Shown here in pieces: positions 49,215 to 63,600 of a stretch of DNA of 64,000 nt. The notes beneath the pieces were generated by a model. That model did no database searches, was not told where the DNA came from, and saw only the letters and a program-made list of their open reading frames with translations. A program made the position numbers and the translations under genes. Numbering within the stretch: position 1 is the stretch's first letter; each line of letters starts with the position of its first letter. Origin of the DNA: Octopus sinensis (taxonomy: Eukaryota); contig NW_021833257.1 of NCBI RefSeq assembly GCF_006345805.1, positions 1 to 64,000 of the forward strand. The letters are read 5' to 3'.

Positions 49215-49880
49215 ACAGTAATGATGGCATACGTTTCAATTGAGTTTATTAAGTTACTGATTAAATCAGTTAGTTCTCGATATATAACTACATTTTTAAC
49301 CTATGATGACTAACGATGGTCTACTTATGATAATGATGACCTGTAATATGACTGAGGCTATATTGAGTTAGAGCACTTTTTAAGTAATTTAAACAATCTG
49401 TTTGTTTTCAATGGTATTATATTTACTTAAGCAATTATTGTCTGTAAATACAATTCAATTTTATATATACTCCTCTTATCTACAACTAAATTCATTTTGG
49501 ATGACCTGATCGGATAACCATCTTCCCTGTTAAGTGTGGAAAGTCCTTTGTGTGTGACGCGACATCCCCAGACAACTACGCCCCTACTTTTCTAAATTTC
49601 TAATCAGTGAGTTCTGGGTAGGTTTCTACTACAGCAAAAATATAAAAATATGTTTCTTTTAATAGTGGCATTGGCAAGTCTCCACTTGTAGTTTTGTCAG
49701 AAATCGGGGAATGGATCTTTATTAAGGCGAGACCAGCTGGTTATTCCGAGGAATTTTATTTGCCATCTACCAAAACACTTTTAAGCCAATCTTATATCTT
49801 CTAATTAATATAACCGATAATTTCTATTTTTAAGTTTATTGATATGTAAAACGTATATTCAAATAACTAATTTATTAATT
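49215..49880 (+). other. Possible small host gene divergent from PRDX6 (disrupted by Merlin in copy A)
   Basis: ATGGCATACGTTTCAATTGA/GT..CAG micro-intron pattern and open segments such as SGIGKSPLVVLSEIGEWIFIKARPAGYSEEFYLPSTK. Not assembled. Confidence 0.25.
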
Positions 49881-49930
49881 AGCCCTATAAAGACAAGTAT
49901 ATAATTTATTTGGCATAAATGAAACTACAA

Positions 49931-52691
49931 TCAGGAATAAATAAGCGGAATGTCATTAAAGGACATTACTGGAGCAGTTTTGAGTAAATCATGTGCATGT
50001 AGATAACAACTCGAAGCCTTCTCATAATCACCGGTCGATTCGAGGACCTTTCCAAGTAATCCCCTATTAAGTACTGCTAAAATAATGAAAACCAGGATCT
50101 ATGCTCAAAAGGATCCACCTTAATGGCCTCCCTGAGATAGTTTTCTGATTCTGAAAAAAGTTCAATTTCATAATATGCCAAACCCTACAATTAAAAAAAT
50201 ATATAACCAGTTCATAAAGAATGTCAAAATTCCTTGGATCAACTGCGCTCAACGTTAGAAACCACTCGAGAGCCAAATCGTTCATTTTTGTAGCACGCAA
50301 AAATTTAGCTTTCTTTAAAATATTTTTATCGCTAATTTACCATAATTTGTAGATTTAAAGAGTTTGGAGATATATTTTGTGCTTCAATTAAACATAGCTT
50401 CACATCCTCGAGCTTATCCAGTCCAAGAAAAATTTCAGCTTCAATTTTAAAAAAACAATTTACCAGTTCGTAACCAAATTTTGAATTCGTCAGGATCAGA
50501 CTTACACCATTCTCTGTTATTACAATAACAATTCGCCACATTTAAAAAATCGTCCAAATTTAAATCGAGGTTTGTTTCTTTGCATGTGTTTCCATTTTCT
50601 TGTTCTGTGACAAATTCCGACTTTCCGGACTATTTTTCTCAAATTCAGAAAAGTTACATTTTGGTCAACATTTTACCACACGTTTGCAAAGCCGAACTAA
50701 AATCACCCATCTCGGACTCGATGCAACTCTTGATCAGGAAAAAGCTTAAATAAACGTCAAATTGAGTTCTACTTTGATGAGGACGGATATTGCATTAAAG
50801 AACTCTCAACACATTTGATGGCTGCTCCATAGTCTTTAGAAGCAGTAAAAAGCAACACCAGAAGAGTCAAAGTAGTCTCTTTATGCCAATTAAGTCTGAT
50901 AGCTAATTGGCAATAATGAAGAGCTCTATCAATCCTCCTTTCTAGGGCGTAGTAAAGTGACAGGTGAAATGCAGGCAGATAGTCACGTGGGTCAGCTTCA
51001 TGAGACCTAGACAAAATCAGAATACGGATTTGTACCTGTTCAAAAAATCTAACGCAGCGGATAGGTGAGTAGAAGATTGAGAAAAAATTTCCTGTCTTCT
51101 GGCAATCAGAACGTGATAGAGACCACAATAAAGTAAGGCACGAGAATGAAAAGGAGAAGAACCGTCACACAGATCTAATAGTTGTTTAGTATAATCCTCA
51201 AGTGTTTGGTCAATCGGCTATATTTATGTATTGAAATTATTTACCAATGGACAATGTGGGTCAAAATGTATACAAATAATGTGTATTAGAGTATCGATGT
51301 CTCCGGGGACAAGAGAATTACAAACTTTAAGAAAATGATAACATTGTTTGTACTAATCAATACAAAATAAATTTTTACTTTTTTTTCTTGGGCCAGTGTA
51401 AATGCAAATTGCCGTAAGGAATAAAAATCCCCGAGACAGTATTTAAGAATGTCCCACAATGCCTGAAATAAACTGAGAACAAAAAACTGAATTGAGTCTA
51501 CAGGGAGACGATAACTGCCCGAACAGTAGACAATAATAATTCACCAATTTGACAGTTTTGGGGATATTTCAATCTGGGAATCGGCAAGCTGTAGATTTAG
51601 ACAAAAATATGTTCACCAGTAATGGTTTCATTAATTTTTGATAGACGCTTATCAAATAGCAAAGTTCCTCTTCCCGATTTAAATTAAGGAGACTAAAAAC
51701 CTGTAATAAAAACACAAATACGTGGATTGGGATAGATTTGTGTCCCCCAACTCAGAAATAGACTCGGAAACTGATTCGTAGTTATCAAATGTGTCTCATG
51801 AAATAAAAAATCAATGTATCGTTCAATTATACTCTGTTGTGTTAATTCATCCAACTTTACCTTGTAAAAATTGGTCAATTTCTCAATGTTGTCAACAACT
51901 AGCAAATCTCTGAAAGCTCTTATGGCTTGTTTGCCTCTGCTGAATAACAGTTTTTATTTAAAGACAAATACAGGCTGTCAATTTGATTTTTTAGGTGAGT
52001 TTCCATTGCTTCTATTAGATGGTACCCGAGATATGTGCTTAGTTCTTCAGATCTAGACTTACCGAGTTATGAGAACTCTGGAATAAGCAAATGAAGTTGT
52101 TTTAGGAGAGCTTTAGCAATATCCGACGACATTTTGAAATATTTTTTTACAGATGTGCCCATTTTGTCACATTTAAGTCCTAATTTCTCCAAAGATTTTG
52201 CTATAAAACTATTCTGATTTATTTTTACCGCAGAAAACATAACTTTCTCCAAGAATGACCATCGAACGGTTACAATTTTGTAATTTTTCTGTCTCGATTT
52301 TTTGAAGAGCGAATGATTGGAGCAATTCTTGATAATTTCCAAAGCAAATAAACATTTTAATGAAAGCATGTTCATATCGTTTCATATTTTGAGCAATAAG
52401 AATGCCTGTGAGTTATTATAAAGAGGCATTGTACCACACGGTGGCATTGATCACCTTGTAGACGACATGTAGCTCTGTTCTGTCAAGTTTAGCCTCACAT
52501 ATATCAATCAATCCATTTTCAAGACGCTTTTCGAGGGTTATAATGTTGGAAACGTTTTCTGAAAATATTAATTTCAGTGATGGACCGATGTAGGAAGATT
52601 TGTTGCAGAGGGTAAGACACTCGTCCCATTTTCGTAAAAAACGTAATTGGTCGACACGCAGTAAAAGAGCTTCACTTTTACTAATGGACAT
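49931..52691 (-). CDS. TTC7: Tetratricopeptide repeat protein 7-like (copy B)
   Basis: Paralog of 26920-29680; same TPR motifs in ORF 50769-51128. Confidence 0.8.
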
Positions 52692-52946
52692 TAACACCAC
52701 AAGGAATATTATATGTATTAAAGTAATAAGATTTATATAAAGTTTTAAAAATATCACTATTAGTTTATTTTTTTATTTTTCAAAATATATCTTGACAGTT
52801 GAAATCATAAGACTTTTTAAATTACGTAATTATTAAACTCCTTTAAAATTAAATTTAACTAAAATTATCCAAACTAAAAAAATTTAGTTAAAAAATTATA
52901 TAAAACAATAAATCAATAGAGGATGAGGTGGGTCACTTAAACCTTT

Positions 52947-53580
52947 TCAAATATTCGCGAGATAGCGCGAATAAATATAGTAGTCACATTGATCGTCAAT
53001 TGGACAGTTCCAATCCATACTAAACCATGTTTTTTAAAAAAATTTAAAGAGCCTGCATTGTCACGAAATATAGTGCACGTTATTTTGTCCATGTCAACTC
53101 TAATACTAGTCAAATATCAAATTTTACAACTTAATAGCGATTCCGAGTAAAATATTGAGCATAAACGATCCAACTCCGCAACCACGAGACTTTTTCTCAA
53201 CTTGAATGTCGTAGCAATAAGCAATTGCTTCTCTTTCTTCAGTTATAAAACGAAAATGAAGAAATCCTAGTATCGGAGAATTAATGTTTTCATTTCCTTC
53301 TTTTTCTCGCACGACTAATTAATGTTTTTTTATTTTTTAATTCTGAAAGTTTTTCTTTGTCGTTCCATCCAAATGAGCTGTTTATAAACATATTGTATAT
53401 ATTGTCTTTAACACACAACAAATAACGTAATAGAATGGGCATCGAGTGCATTCCCCAAGTTATGTTGACCTGCCAATTTTCACTAAAATAAACATCAATT
53501 TTAGCATTTTATACTCACGTTGATTGGGGTTCAAAAACCTCTTTTGATAAATAAGCTTTTTTGCATAATTCTCGGCATTT
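52947..53580 (-). CDS. NAA40: N-alpha-acetyltransferase 40-like (copy B)
   Basis: Paralog of 30668-31300; ORF 53124-53312. Confidence 0.8.
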
Positions 53581-54696
53581 TTGGTACTTTTTCTGTTTGA
53601 AGGTTCTTGGCCAAACATCACAACGAAGGAATATTATTTTTATTTATTTTTAACACCAAAACCACGTTAAAAACAGAACAAATTAATCACGTAATTCCGA
53701 TGCATCTCACAAGCGACTTCATCTTCGCTTGGTAATCTTCCCACGAGCCCACACCATTTCGCACCGGACGGCTATTGAGCTCGTTTTTTAAACTGACTTC
53801 CTTCGATATCCTGAACAACCAGTACAATTGGTAACGCAAGTGGACCTTCTTTTGGGGTTGATTTCTACTTTGAAAGAGATCAATTATGTTAGAAGAAGCA
53901 AATGAGCTTGTTGAATAAAGTCGGTTTGAATAAAGAACGAGCTAATTTGGTTCTTCTAAATGAATAATATCTTTCAAACTGGAGATAAGAATTTAACAAA
54001 ACGAATTCGGAATTCTAATATATTTAACTTATTGAACTTTGATCACCACTCCAAAAGTTTCACATTTTTAGTACTTTTATGATTTTAACTGGTGATATTA
54101 TGAGGATAAAAAATCTTGTAAATTCTGACTTTTTTCTTTATTTTAATTGAGAATTCATTCATTATAAGTAAGGTTCAACGTCATTTCATTAAAAATGGTT
54201 TTCCCAAAAAATTTTATTATAGTCTCAAAATTTAGATTAAGTGAAAAATAATAGTCAATACAAAAATCTCTTTATTTAAAGGACAAAAATAACCAAAAAC
54301 ACCAAATAGTTATTTCCATGAACAATGAAACGGAAATAAAGACACCGGGATTCGCTATTTAGCAAGAATGTTACTGGGGAACATAAACACTTCAAAGCAA
54401 GTTTAATGAATTCTATTCTTCTGTGAAACACCCAAATACTTAAAAATTATAAAGGACTGCGAAATTTATTAAAAATATCATTACTCTTGGCCATGCTTAA
54501 AATTTACCTTTATAAAATTTCAATCTAATTCAAAATGATGTTTTTTTTCAAAATAGACGACTCTTGTGCCAAGTCAAATAACTAAAGTAGATGACTCTTA
54601 GGGAAAGTCATTAAAACTTTTAGTTTTTCACGAAAAATGATTTTTTGTTTAAAAATTAGTAATTATTAATAGTAAACAAATGAATTTAAGTATTTG

Positions 54697-57600
54697 TTAG
54701 TTTGTTACTTGGAAATTCATCGCATAATTCGTTTGAGAGAAAAAATATTTCCAAACTATAAAACCAACCACTCCAGTTAAGGCTACTCCTCCTACTGACA
54801 ATCCAACGATTAATGGCAGATTTAAAGTTTCCTTTTTTTTCTTAGAATAAAAGTTTACCGAATTTGTATAAATAAGTTTATCACCATAAACTACGTTTTC
54901 GACACCGAGACTTCCTTCGAAAAACTTGAGGACGTTATTTGTATATAAACTCTTTGTAAATAATTTAACTGATTCGTCCATTTCAGTATTATTTCCAATC
55001 ATAAAAACAGCAATTTGTTTATTTTCTAATAAATTTATATAGAAATAAATAGAAATACCCGAAACTATAGAAAAATTGGTGAAATCTATATTTGAAAAAT
55101 CCCGACTTATATAATTGAATAGAATTGCTTCAATGTATAGGGCCTCAACACCAATGCTCAATATATTTTTATCAAATTGAATAACTACACTTTTTACAAC
55201 AGACAAATTCCAATTAAAATCTATTTTTAATACAAAGAATCATACTGGTATTACGAACTCGGATTATTTGACTTTTTGTTGAAAGATCGTAATCATTCGG
55301 CTGACTAAAAACCGCAATGTTTAATATATAATATCCAAAATTAGGGAATGAAAAATTTGAAAGATTAATAGTGCCATTTACAATTTGCTGTCTTTTTAGA
55401 ATGCTTGGTGTATGCCCAAAAACGCTTGTATCACTTTCATTGATTTCATAAATCCAATTATTTATCTATTCACTCTGAATATCAAAATTAAACCCTCCAT
55501 GTTAAACTTCCAACACTTATATTTTCAACCGTATCTTTCACTAATAATAGACCGGACATATTTTGGTATGTCGTGACAACATTATCAAAAATTGACACTT
55601 CTGCTGACAATTGTCTTTTCAGAATGTTTATCTGATGAACAACAGTAGTAATCGAAGAGTTTAGACTCTATCAATAACAAAAATAAAAGTATACTCTAAA
55701 AGTGAAAGAATAATTATTTCCATAAAATGGAATCCTTAGAGAAGTAAAATTAGCAGTTCCCAATATAAAACTAGCCAATGACCCTTGCGAAAATGTTTGA
55801 AGAACAGTTCCATTGTGGGAAATATCTAGTTGAATCTTCCATGGGTCGTACACGGATCCGACGATTTCCAAAGTAGAATTCTAAATTGAACAATTTCAAT
55901 AAACATTTTCGTCCTGCATGATCATTGAGAATCCTATATGAGATAAAGATTCTTCATAAAGTGTTATTGGTTGTGATATTATGACTAATTTTTGAGGAAT
56001 TAAAATTTGTAATAAATTGCTCGAATATCCCTCATAAAGAATGGTTTCTGTTGGTGGAATGGGTTCAGCAATCGATACGCCTGAGATCTATAAAAAGTAT
56101 ATTAAAATTTAATATTTACAGAAATGTTCAAAATATTTGAAATTCCTGAACTCTGCGCTGTGTTTAAAATCACTGATGATATATTCTGAAGTTGTTGATC
56201 AGTCATAAAAGAAGAAGAGTTAGTCGTTTCATTATATGAATTTGATATTTCAATTAAAAATAGCGTGGTAGAAGTAGCTCTATTTATTTAAATAAAATTT
56301 TCAACCTTTTTGATCTTGGCGCAGAATTTTCTTTAACGACATTTACAATTCGAACTTTATTGGAAGGAATTCCGAGAAATGCAATTAAATTTTCCAATAC
56401 GTTAGCTCCGAAGAAATCTACTTCAGGAACGACCGTTGATAGTCCAATTATGACACTCTCAGTAAATTTAATATCAATTGCTTCTGAGCCTTTTAGACCT
56501 ACGTAAAGGAATTTTGTTGATCGATTCCGATAATTCTGTCCAGAAATTGTGTTATGAACATTTGGAATGGTATCTTTTTAAGCATTAAAAAATATTTCTT
56601 AGTACCGCTAGGAAATATTGGGATTGAATTAGTAGACGTTTCAGTTGCTTGTACCCGATTAAAAAAATATCTAATGACTATTCTATCAGTTGGATCAGCA
56701 TTAATCATTCTCAGTCTCAAATGCTTTGGTACTGTGGATGTAAAATATAAATGATACAACTTTCCTATTGAAAAATAATAACTTTTAATATACCGGTTGC
56801 AACAATTGCATAAAATGTCGATATTCTTTTCTGGCAAGTGTAACCGTTACACCAGCCATGATCCGCGGGCCCATTTAAAAGATCGAGGTACCCATCGCCC
56901 CGAATAGCTACTGGAGAGAGTCTTCGCTTTTCAGTGTCATGATCCATACTTTCAATTATCATTATGCGATAATTAAGGCCACAACATTTATATGCTTGCC
57001 ACTCAGCATTATAAACACAATTTTGATCTCTTAGTATTCCTAACAGATTATAAAAATTACATACCTAAATGTTGCCGGACTAAATTAATTGGAATCATGG
57101 AACCATTTGAATATATTTTCATACTTGTAGGAATGCGATAGTCTCCAGTTCCTCTCCTTCTATCGCCGTTCCAAGCAAACTCTGATTTTGGAAAAGCCGC
57201 ACAGTTCGGAGAACCCAGAAAACTTCCATCAGAATCAGTGATCAAAGTTTTCTTATTTCCATCACAATCCATATCAACACAATCAGATGGATTTATTTTT
57301 CTATATATAAATGATGTGAGTACTGTAATGGAGGCAAAGTCATGTATATATAGTTTTTACTCGGGAAATTATAAAAACGAATTCTAGATATTATCACCGG
57401 ATGTTGAAAGTCGTAACTTTTGTCACTTGTCATAATGAAAACGTCTTTAACACAACTTACGGAGTTATATGTGTCAACTGTGATGTCTAAATTGTTAAAA
57501 TTAAAAAAATAATAACTACCGGAAATGACCATAAGTCCAGATAAAGAAGGATATGCCATTGGTGTTGTCCAATCTTTATTTGCCATTTTAAGACTCCCGG

Positions 57601-60600
57601 AGATAAAATTAGGAAAAAATATTCCTACTCTCGCATTATTAGTAATTGAAAAGACACTCGAAGCTGTTAATAAACCATTCTATTAAATAAAAATAAAATT
57701 GGATACAATTCTGACAGAGGTGTCAGTTTTACAGTCAAAAAATGGTGTGGTCATTAGTATAGTAGAATTTCGAACGGTGACCGTTTGATTACTAGTAAGA
57801 TGCCTTAAAGGAGAAGGTCCGATAATAAATGTATATACTCCAACGTTATTTTCGATCAAAATAACATTTTCGACTACAATGCTGGCAGTAGAGTGTACAT
57901 AAATTCCAAAATTATAAAATTTCCAAATAATAAAATCTAAAAATAAAACATTTAATACCATACTTTGGATAGTGAGACAACTCGGTTCTGGAGAATGTTC
58001 TTTGAGATGAAAAATAACGACGCCATTTAATCCAGATTTAGCAATATTTTTCTTAAAAGTTGAAAGTCCGCCGTTGCATGAATCACCGCTAATACGATAA
58101 GCTATCGTCTGAGAGCCGGCAACAACATTTCCAATCAATTCAGTCTATCAAAATTAATTCGTTAAAAATAAAACATTGGTAGCTTCATTTATTGTGATTG
58201 CTCCTTTCCATAATATATTTTGATCCCATTTTCCATTATATAATCCTTCATAGATATGAGAAACGATAAGATTTTGTTCTATTTTTGTACCAGAACTTGT
58301 TGATATAATTCCTAGCGAAGTTAAAATCGAGAATTATACCAGGACCAACGGGGCGATATATTATATTGTTTGATACCTCTAGCTTATTTGTTCTATAAAC
58401 TCCTATAGTCGGTGAATAGCATTCATGAAATGATGACATTCTGACATATGCCGGTCTTAATGAATTAATTTCACCAATGTCCATAAATGTTATCGAATAT
58501 CTGGCATCAGTTTTACTATCATAATCGAATTGGCCAGTTTTATAAAATTCGACGTTCTTAATACGCGCAAAACCTTAATTTCAGTAAAAATATAAACCTG
58601 TATAAATTTTTCCTTCATGTACTGTTTTTCCTACAAGAACACGGCCTCCGAAGGGAGAAAATGTCTGACCTCCGATAATCTTTATATTCCTTGATAACAA
58701 CCCAACGGAAGCAGAAAGCTGATGGACTGTATTCCCTACAATGTAAAGTTCACCTATAAAATTAAAATTTGTATCGTGCATACCCAAATGTTTATAATTA
58801 AGAGGTCTGTTTAGCTCCAAGACTGTTCCGCCATTCATTATATTGTTTATAACGACTTTTTCGCCTTCATTTACATTATAGGATGTCGAAGAAATAATAA
58901 TTTCATCTCCGATATTCCAATCAACAATATCTTGCAAGTAAATTTTTCTATCTCCAATATTTGCAGTCTTGTTCAATGTAGTAGAATAAATATTTTTGGC
59001 TTCGCCATGAAAATCTAGTCCTCCAAAACAAGCTATAATTGAATTATTTTTTCAACTTTCTTACCAATTACTTTAGTACCTACCAACGGACCAGTTATTA
59101 ATGGAAATGTTGCAGAATTTTTATTCCCAATTAACGTTATTTCGAGCTTTCCACGGAAAGAACGGTCTTCTGTTCCAGCTATTATTCTTCCGCCTCTTAT
59201 AAAAATAATTTCGACCGACAAATAAAAATCTCGATATCCGGATATTGTTGAGTTGTCAATATCGTCGAATTCTAAAACTCCATATATATGTAATTCCTTT
59301 ATTTTTGGAAGTTTTACATCCACCAATACGTAAACATCTTAAAGATAATTATTAATAAAACTAGCCTGAAGAAATAACAACTGTATCACCATTTGATGGC
59401 AATCCCCCATTTCCAAAGTCTTTACTTGCGTTCCATTTATTGTTTGTAAAACGCCAAATATTAGTATTTGACCATCTCAAAGCATCTTTTGGTCTGTTCC
59501 GTGACGGAGGGAGACTTCCTTTATCTGCTGGAGCCTCACATTTTAAATAAAAGCAGCGATAAGCATTAAATCTTATGTTAATTCTTCGAATATCAGAATA
59601 TTTGTTCGGATTATTTGTTTTTGGCGACATGACTAAGTTTTAAAATTTAATTTACTACCGATGTAGCTTAATTTATTTTCAAGTGAATCATAGTACCAAT
59701 CTCCATTTTTATTCTGCTCGTGGCTTAAAGGGAGTAATGACATAGGGCGAAATGTACTATCAATAGTAAAAACTCGATCAGGTTTATAATTCATCGGAAT
59801 ACTGACAATTACATAGTCTCCACTCTGTTTGATTATAAGCACGAACATTATTATACAATCAGATTATCAATAACTCCAGTATAAGAGATATTCGTTAAAT
59901 TGGATTCCGTTGATAATGTAATAAATATTTCATCATTTGTAGGGAAAATGGACATCCATCCAAGAGGTGAAGTAACCCTTTTTTCAGCAAAGTAGCTTGT
60001 ATCATTTCCATAAGAATTTACTATTTTTATACTGCGCCCCAAATACATATCAGGATTAATTTCTATTTTTAATTAAAATAATTACTATTAAATGACAATC
60101 TTGCGAACCTGTATTTGGGTGGGCAAAAGAGCGATTCCAACCCACGAGTGTTATTTGTATTTATTGCACAGTCGGGCGGTATAAGTTTAGAATATGGAAC
60201 AATATTTGTTTTAGAACCAGTCAAAGATCCATCAGAGTCAACAATAATCCCTTCGTGTTTCCAATTCCATTTGTATCGGTTTTGCGAATTTATAAAATGA
60301 ATATTTTTCATAAAATATAAAAATCCTATTAGAAATTACTAATATAAATAAAACCAACCTCCTGAAAAAGTTGAACTTGTCCCAGAAATTTTTGCTAAAA
60401 CAAAACATTGACCACGTGATGTATTGTAGTTATAAAAATTAACATTATTAAGAGTCAATCCACTTGATAGAGGTAGAACAACTCCACTAGAAGAAGATAT
60501 GTGTGTAATTCCGGGAACGTAAGCTAAAAAGGTTTATTTTAAATATTACCAATTATATCACTGTTATTTAGATATGGACCTGAATTTGAATATATTGTAT

Positions 60601-63600
60601 TTTCAGAATTATGCATAAGTTCTATATTTGCAACCTTGTTTGCAACAGTTACAAAATTATCAAATTGCAAGGCACCACCATTGGTCCATTCAGCTCCCTT
60701 TTGATTGTGCCATGAAGTAAAATTGCTAAATTTTGCGACTACAGGAATTCCCGATCTCCACCCTTTATAACGCGGAGTATAACTGCAAGTTATTAGATTA
60801 CTTTAAAAGAAATAAAACCCTTCAAAAATCCATAGTCCGTACCATCCTTGAGAATGTACTTCGTTTCCTGTGAAAATTCCCATTTCTCCTTTATTTGGTA
60901 CGATATTCCATACATAAGAAGGCCCGTCAACCGTTGCATGCAATCTGTACCTATATTTACATATTTTAATCAAAATAATAATCACCAGAAACCGAAATGT
61001 GTTCCGCCTGCCACAGTGTTGTGCCTTATTATATTTTTCGGATGAGTGACCCAGTATCCAGCAGGAGTGATGTCATCGTTTAATAAACTTGAGCTATGTT
61101 TCACGTAAACGAGTAAATTATATTCGAATATATTATTTGTTTCAATTCCATCTTCAAGAAAAAATGCACCGCCCATTATGTTATATCCAACATTTCTTTT
61201 CACAACAAGTCCATGAGAACCTTAAAAATTAACTACGTTATAAAACCGTGAATGTTAACAGCCCTGTTGAAACTGTTATGAATAGCACACCCATTTACAT
61301 ATGATTTCTCATTCCAGCCAGAAAGGTGATAATGTATTGGATATCGTCCAAGACGGAACGCTTGTCCGACGTGGTTAAATTCAACGTGTGAAAATTTTCC
61401 GATCGCCTCATCCATACTTGGATGTCTCGGAGCAATCATTACTGTTCCTCCAAACTGATCATCTCCTATTTCATCGCCTTCTCTCCCTTGGAAACATGTT
61501 TGAACTGCAAATTGGCCTATATTTATTAGATATGAATTTATTTGGATAAAACCCATTTTGAATCCGTCAGGGCATCTTTCTATTTTGAAGGAATAATTCA
61601 TGTTTTTAGTTCCAATTATTTTTACATTTCTTGTGAGCAATCCAACGTCAGCTCGCATTTTAACCTGTTTTCCATTACCGTAGTTATACGTGTATGATAG
61701 TTTACGATATCTAAAATTTTATAAAATTTGGGTTATGTTACTTTATTGGTTCGACTAGAGTTATAATCTTACGATTTAATGATATATTTGCGATTCTATG
61801 TATTTCATTTTCTTTAGCACTATCCATATCACCTGTGCTAGATATGATAATAGTTTCATTTTTCTTTTTATGTTATTATTAAACAAAACTCGCCAATCAA
61901 CAGGATCTTCTAATTCTATAATGTTGATTCCGACATCGACAGATTTCGAGAGCTTAGTCCAAGTTATATTTCGATATTTTCCTTAATGGATAACGATAAA
62001 ACAATAACCATGAAGTTCAATTATACCTTCACGGACGCCAATAACGTTAGAACCAAAAATTGGGAAAGTTTTTGACAAAAATTTGGAATGCAATTCAATC
62101 AACGCCTTATGTTGAAATGGTTTATTTTCTTGACCAATCTAATTTTTTTAATCTAAACCACATTCATTACTTGCAACAATCCGCCATTTGTGATAAAAAT
62201 ATTTTCGGCATGAAGTTCAAGATCCTTCTCGTCAAATGTCAAAGATCCGCCTTAAAATATGATTTTGGCTAAACTTTTAAATACCATTAATTAATAAAAT
62301 TTGGAGTATTGGTGTATTTACGTCTAGAAGAATATTCAACCCATGAGGAATAACTACAATTTCTCCAGCCTTCGGTATATCATAACCTCCCCAAGTAAAC
62401 CGAGAAGACCAGACATTTACATATTCAAATAATATATTTGTTATATTTTTCTAAAATAAATAATAAAAATAAACGGCATATGCGAAGCCACTGTCTATAG
62501 AATAAACGTTTACTCTTGATTTTCGGTTTCCTATATGTGATCCTGACGTACAAGTAATCAAATTATCCGTAATTCCTTTTATCACACAGATTGAGTTGTC
62601 AATTGTGACTCGAGTCAAATTCGTGTTGTTTCTAAATATTTAAATATGAACTACCCAAATCCTTTTCCTACTATCGATATAAGGGTTCCGCCAGCAGTTC
62701 CACCCCTTTTTGGACTAATGCGATCTATAAACTGAGTTTTATTGTCAGTATATATAAATTCGTTTGAACTTTGAATAGATAATAAATTCGTTTCAATGTT
62801 AATACTACAATTTGTATTATTTTTGGTATCTAAAATTAGTTATGTAAATAAGTAACAGTTTATTTGTGGTGTTTCAACAAAAATAGAACTGTGATTTCGA
62901 AAATCAACAATCCTTGCCGGTTTGTTACATATCAACACAGACATATTGTTGCTAAATCCATTTCCCATAATTCCAATTTTTTGTCCGCCACCAAACCCAC
63001 CTAAAATAATTTGTAAATGTCAATTACCCTTAGTAGGAAAAATATCTGTGATTTTTAATAAGTTTGTATAGTTTTTAAATATGTTTGAATAGCCGTAATT
63101 TATGCGTCTTAATTGTACAGCATAGTTTCCGTAGTCTAAATCGGGTGTCACACATTTTAGAATTGTTGCATTTATTTGAGTAATATTACAGTTCTTATTG
63201 CCAATGAATACAATATATTTACTTATATTTATGCCGAAACCTGGAAATTTAAATACTTAAAAGTTACCATTATAACTAATTGAAATTTCGGTATTGCGTG
63301 AACCGTTTGTTGGGTTTATTCGTGTAATATTCGGACTAAGGGAACCATCGTAGTGAAATAAAAATTGGTTAAAGATATAGTTGCTACTTCTTATCGACAT
63401 ATTTTTGATTCCTGGAGATGAAGAATGTGTTTTACAAAATATCTATATTAGTATTATACAAACATAAATACCATATTTTGCCTACATGATAATATTTCGC
63501 AATGTGTACTTTCTATATGTACTGTTGTGTCGTTGCAAATAAAGCCATATCCACTTATTTTTATTTCAGTTCCTCCATATATGCTACCTGACATAGGATT

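Larger units (their letters stand above)
38134..54164 (+). repeat. Segmental duplication copy B (probable original)
   Basis: Colinear with 18100-31882; flanked by non-transposon unique sequence on both sides. Confidence 0.93.
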
